A stretch of DNA of 64,000 nt from Ancylonema sp. (lineage: Eukaryota). Of the stretch, positions 62,622-64,000 are shown one piece after another. Each line of letters starts with the position of its first letter. The stretch's first letter is position 1. Location of the stretch: positions 1 to 64,000 of the forward strand of contig JBFLGF010000059.1 in NCBI GenBank assembly GCA_050230475.1. The letters run 5' to 3'. Both the position numbers and the translations under genes were made by a program. The notes beneath the pieces are model-generated. The model worked only from the letters and a program-made list of their open reading frames with translations. It was not told where the DNA came from and made no database searches.

Positions 62622-63449
62622 GCTGCCCCTACGGGGGCGAGGGCGAAGGGGTGGAGGGAGAGGGAGAGGTGGAGGTGGAGGTAGAGGCGGGGGTGACAAA
62701 CAAGTACGGAACACTGGGCTCCTTCCTGCAGCCCAAGCCCAGCGAGCAGAAGGTCGTCAAATTCCTGTATAGTGAATTCGTTCGGGAATGTTTTGTTCTC
62801 ATGGGGATAAGCTTCGTACCCGGGGGAAGACTGTATGCAGCTCCAAAACGTCTGCCAGGGTCCGGTGTACACTTCCCTTAATCCTAACTCACAAAGGGCC
62901 TGCAGGAAAGAAGCAGCTTTGTTTTGATGTCTCCAAAACCCGGACATTCATACCCTCCCTTGCAGACGAAACACAGACATCAGGGACTGATCGCTCCTCA
63001 ACTAGGCCTGACGCCATTGCAGGGATCAGCATGCAGTATATAGACCAGCAGAAATAAGCCGCGGACGCTTAAAACCAACTCGGCCCGGCAGAAATGTTCC
63101 CTACCTGCACGACGTCCTCCAGTCGGTCGTTGCAACGATGAGGTTTGAGCTGCCTGGCGTTCTTCTCCGATTGGGTTGCACCTGTAGAATGAGCCGGTTC
63201 CGCCAATTCCCCCATTGAAATCCTATGCGTCTTCACTTCACCTCACCTGCCAAGCGTTTGGTGGTGTTGCCAACGCCCTTCGAAAGCTCATCCGTCCGTG
63301 TGATGCGACATGGCCGTGGGACCGTAGGGGGCTATCCTGTCCCGTAGTTAACTACCGGTATGTGCGCCGGGTCAACGGTCCTCCTTCGCTAAAAATCTTC
63401 GGTGTATCGAGGGTTGACAATAAATCGTAAATCCCGACACATAGATCTA

Positions 63450-63528
63450 CAGTATACCCTTGATAAAGTGACAATTTTATAGACAGTGGAAAATAATGTC
63501 ACTATCGAATGCCAGGGGTGTCACTATT
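63450..63528. mobile_element. Truncated left end of a pogo-like MITE related to 19021-19573
   Basis: TA, then CAGTATACCCTTGATAAAGTGACAATTTTATAGACA...AATGTCACTATCGAATGC. Confidence 0.6.
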
Positions 63529-64000
63529 AGGGTTGTTACCTCCGCATTTTTCACCGCGGTAGGTAAGGTACCATCCGCGCCCAACCGCACCCAACTGTTT
63601 CGGTTGGGCTTTTTCCCAGCCGCATCCCGACCGCCACCCGGGTGGGATGCGGTTGGGCGGTTGGCGAAAAGGCAAAAAAAAACAAAATTTCAGCACTTCA
63701 CCACTAAACTTAAAAGCAAGGTTCAAATTTGAATTGTATCACACCACAAAAGCAACAACCTTACAAACCTCCTCAAAGGAATAAAGAAAAGGAACGGTAG
63801 GGTGGGGAAAATAAATAAAGGGGGGGGGGGGGGGGGGGGGATAAAGATGAAGAAGATGAACAAACTTGCTCATCACGAGGTCATTGTTTTTTTATTTCTA
63901 ATGTTCGTGGGTGTTTGAAGGGAATTGAAAGCAGGTCAGTGCGGTAGGCTAGACCTATAAAGGGAAGGGAGTGATATGGATAGGGTTTTCCGAAGGGAGT

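Overview
Eukaryotic nuclear DNA with spliceosomal introns, inferred to come from a photosynthetic streptophyte (alga- or bryophyte-like; it has a CRR3-like gene, SUVR-type SET genes and an organellar RecG). Bases ~1-41 kb are mostly nested transposons: hAT-type elements with 8-bp TSDs, Tc1/mariner-pogo-type MITEs with TA TSDs, Harbinger- and Mutator-like MITEs, and satellites. Two paralogous SUVR4-like SET-domain genes lie in this region. Between them is a 3'-truncated LTR retroelement whose single reading frame encodes Gag zinc knuckles, an aspartic protease and a cytosine-5 DNA methyltransferase-like domain with its catalytic motifs altered. Bases ~41.6-63 kb are gene-dense: UTP10/HEATR1 (hosting an intronic double-guide box C/D snoRNA) head-to-head with an ABCF2-like gene that has an in-frame TAG, CRR3-like head-to-head with NudC/BOBBER, then RecG. 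All calls come from manual reading and motif recall; no searches were run.
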